Source: Hydrolagus colliei
Taxonomy: Eukaryota
Assembly (NCBI GenBank): GCA_035084275.1
Contig: CM068756.1
Coordinates: 4,774,001-4,838,000 of the forward strand
Reading direction: 5' to 3'
Length of the DNA stretch: 64,000 bases
Under the pieces are notes generated by a model. The model was given only the letters and a program-made list of their open reading frames with translations, was not told where the DNA came from and did no database searches. Of the stretch, positions 60,618 to 64,000 are shown one piece after another. Position 1 is the first letter of the stretch. Each line of letters begins with the position of its first letter. The position numbers and the translations under genes were made by a program.

Positions 60618-62702
60618 TTCTTTTAAAAGACGAGCTTTATTTTGTTCCGGCTGATGTCAAAATCAATTAGCCAGCATTTGCACTGACTATACTCCTGATA
60701 GAATTGTATGATTTTTAAGTTTTAAAATAAAATTGGCTATCTGCCACAGGCACACAGCTCAAGAATTCTGAAAAGTCAACCCATATTAGAATAAGAGATA
60801 AAATATGGGAAACTAACTCAGACTTGTCCAATGTTTTGCCACAACTAAGCCCTGAGAGGACAGGTGTGATCTAATGATGCTGATGAATCGTGAAGGGTTG
60901 CTTTTAGTGCTTGGAAAATAGCTGTAAAAAGGCAATGGGTATATATAGATAGGAAAATAGGGGAATAAGAGAGAATTATTTTCCACTTGTATAAAATAAC
61001 CTCGGAACAACTGGCACATGTCTGCCCCATGTTTGCATGCATCGTCACACGAGAGCCAAATTTTTTGATTCGCTAGTAAACTTAAAACATTTAAAATGTG
61101 CAGACATGGCAGTTCACGGGTGCTTAACTTGCTGCTCAATGGTCTGACGCAACAGCCATTGTAAAAGCCCTAAAAATACACACAGTATTTACACATCGCT
61201 TGGTTCTGATTTATGCCAAAAGAAGTCATTGCAAATAATGGGCCTCCAGCTGATTGATTCTACAGTGGACACCGGAACATTGTTAAAATGACATTCCTGT
61301 CAAATTTTCTTATTGTTTACCCCATGTGAATCAGTGCAAATGGGATATTATTAAAATACCAAGTCATTTCCAAAGGCCAATTTCATTTAAGGTAGTCACT
61401 AAATCATTTTTCTAATGCTCTGCAACTTGAAAGTAGGCTTATTCAGCATTTCCCACCCCTAGATGTTGTGTACTGGTTATTTTGAAACCAACACAATTAC
61501 TCTTACTAAATGTAGTTTTCACACAAACATGAAATGCATATCTTATCAGATCAAATGGAAGGCTGTTATAGTTCCTTTGCTTATGCTCACACAAGTTGTC
61601 AATAGAACAGCAAAATAACATTTTGCAACTGTTGCTCATGTGTTATTTGTTCAATCCAATCATTGTGCACAGATAGGTAGAGAACCTCGTTATTTTTTTT
61701 CATAAATCATTGGATATACAGTAGACGTCACATAAGTCATATCAGTTGAGACTATATATTTAATATTACTTAGGCAACGTTATGTCAAACCTGCATAGAA
61801 TATAAAAACAGGACTTGGGCAGATGTTCGCCATAGACTATTACAGTATATGATTTACACAGATCAGACGTATGCAAGTTATCAGACTGATAACTACACTC
61901 AACTCTGTCTTGGGTGCAAATTAGAAATTTGTATTGCTCTTGTCCTGTTTATTCTGCCTGAAAGAAACAGAGCAAAGTTGACAAGAAAAGATTTAAACCT
62001 CATGTACTGTAAGTAAATAACATTACTGGAAATATTCCTAATGGTGACAATTTTACATTTTTTTTATGATACAAAAAAGCAAATTAATTCAGCGTTTGAT
62101 GAATGGTAAATATATTAACTATAAGAACAAATTTTCCATATTAGTTGCCAAGAGCAATGTGAGGTTTGGCATGCGATACTTTACAAATGTGTTTCTGGAA
62201 GTAGTTAACTGATAAGTACTGATTGTTTGGAGCTGTTACACTACATCAAGCCTGCAAGCCTGACCAGCTGAAGGGGATGAATTAAAATATAGCTGAAATG
62301 CAATAATCAAAGTACGTCAGGTTAATTTGTGTATCCAGTTAATGTACTGCACTTGGCTTCCTCACACTGAAGAAATGGGAAAGCAATTGTTCTTCAATGG
62401 TTACTGTATACGGTCCTATTCTTCCTCTATCTGGCATTTGTGATCAAGCTTCTTGTCTATCAGATTGGGAGTTCATTAGTAAAGATAACATCATGTTTGA
62501 TGATGTGCACTAGGTCACTAATTTCCTATTGACCCAGCAGAACAAAATGATTCCATATGTGTGATGGAGATGACCCAGTGATTACATCAGTCAAAATGCA
62601 CAGAAAGTAATCACATGTTATCGCCTTTTTTATTGTGGATAAGAGTGATGGAAACACATGTAGTGCATTAAATTTGCAGCGGTTCTCAAGCAGTGTGGTA
62701 TC

Positions 62703-62760
62703 TATGGGACGTCCTCCTGACATGAAAGGCGCTAAAATTACTCGTGTAATTTTGTTGTCT
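62703..62760 (+). mobile_element. L2 stem-loop and tail only
   Basis: tgggacgtcctcctgacatgaaaggcgcta...gtaattttgttgt. Confidence 0.8.
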
Positions 62761-63973
62761 GTTACAGACAATTGTTTGTAAGCAATTACAAATAGGTTCA
62801 ACTAAAAATACCACGACACAGTAGTACAAAATGCATAAAATACTGCTTCTGTATAAATGCAGCAAAGAGTATTTTGCAATATGATTACATACTACCGTAG
62901 TTATTAAGTTTCTAAACTGAGGAAGGGTTTATATCTCATAGCCATTAATCTTGGAACTAAGACACATGGAACATTTAAAATTAAAGCCAAGCACCACACT
63001 GCTTAACCAAGCCAAAAATAATAAGCAGATTTTTATTTATCTGGAAAAAATATGTGCCTGTACTTCTAAAGAAATAATATAAAGTTCATCCTTTTACAAT
63101 CCCCAAATATTCCTTCTTTTCCCAATCCACAAACATTCCTTCCCAGCCCAATTCACAAATATATCTTACCACAAAGTTACTCAGGCATCTTGAAGTCAAC
63201 AGCAGCAAAACCAGATTAAAACTCACTTGCTGACCCTATAAAATTCCAGAATTTGTTTTCTTCAATCTGATCAGTTTTCACAGCAGCAGCAAAGATGAAA
63301 GAAAACTAACAGCAACAGCAATAAAGCCAAGTAATACAAGGAGAGAACTTCAGTGCAAATTCTACCAATTCTCAAGAACCTCACAAGGTACCACTCAATA
63401 CTTCAAAATTGTACATTCAACAGTAGTCTCCAAACCCTCACAGACAACACCCCTCAAACACAGGAACCCCCTAACTTTTGCTTGCTGTGGAATTTTTTTG
63501 GGGGTCGGCCAGGTGTCTGACACATGCGGAAACCCATCACCATGATAAAGAGTATCCAAATTTCATTTATTGCTATATCTTCCAACACCATTCCAAGAGC
63601 AGATACTTCATTTACTTTTTAACTGAGTCACAACATTGAATGCTTTTGCTAAGTCTACTCCAGGTCAAATAGTCTAGTTCAGCAGTCTATGTCAAACAGC
63701 CTTCTTATATCCATATAATCTATTTTCATTTGGAAGAGTTGAATCATGCAAGTCTCTCTTCAAAACTGCAGCCAAGTCCCTGGCTCACGTTCTCTACGGT
63801 CTTCAACATATTTGTGAAAGTTAGTTGTCTAAAACTGTCCACAATTTATGAACTGACTCACTTGACAGCAAACTGCATTATAATACTGCTAATATGAAAG
63901 AACCACCAAATTATTTTCAAATTATTTGACTGAGCCAGGTCAGTGAAGAACTTATCTCTGTCCTAAAACACAT

Positions 63974-64000
63974 TAACAACAACAACTTGATTTATATAGC
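63974..64000 (-). mobile_element. L2 (GTT)n tail at the window edge
   Basis: aacaacaacaacttgatttatatagc, the same as 29700 and 30267. Confidence 0.7.

Noticed and set aside
61877-61895. Palindrome agttatcag-a-ctgataact sharing 13 nt (TTATCAGACTGAT) with miR-21
   Set aside because: No miR-21 seed or precursor hairpin context; the match arises from the palindromic core.
1-64000. CRISPR arrays, operons or other prokaryotic systems
   Set aside because: No regularly spaced repeat-spacer array and no gene-dense coding; the sequence is clearly vertebrate non-coding DNA.

Overview
Eukaryotic, AT-rich, CpG-depleted vertebrate DNA. The repeat repertoire (tRNA/Deu-type SINEs, LF-SINE-like relics, L2, CR1 and Penelope-like elements) points to a cartilaginous fish, probably a holocephalan; this is an inference from recalled consensus sequences, not a database search. 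I found no confidently assignable host protein-coding exon, so the window looks like a large intron or gene desert. Nearly all ORFs in the track are spurious or retroelement remnants. Main content: (1) a decayed Penelope-like retroelement (PLE) on the minus strand at ~44.8-46.3 kb, with RT and thumb, no GIY-YIG endonuclease, a 3' hammerhead-ribozyme-like motif and a perfect 18-bp fold-back at its 5' truncation; (2) a ~215-bp palindromic PLE end at ~25.0-25.2 kb carrying two back-to-back degenerate minimal hammerhead motifs; (3) many copies of one tRNA-headed SINE, two of which share a 65-bp 3' flank; (4) L2 3' ends, many cut back to the terminal stem-loop only; (5) CR1 3' ends and about five LF-SINE-like relics; (6) a 460-bp palindromic MITE-like element; (7) several short perfect templated duplications and hairpins that look like end-joining repair scars; (8) three candidate minus-strand exons with strong splice sites, two of them with no open frame. 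Repeat boundaries are approximate, about +/-10-20 bp, unless stated as exact.
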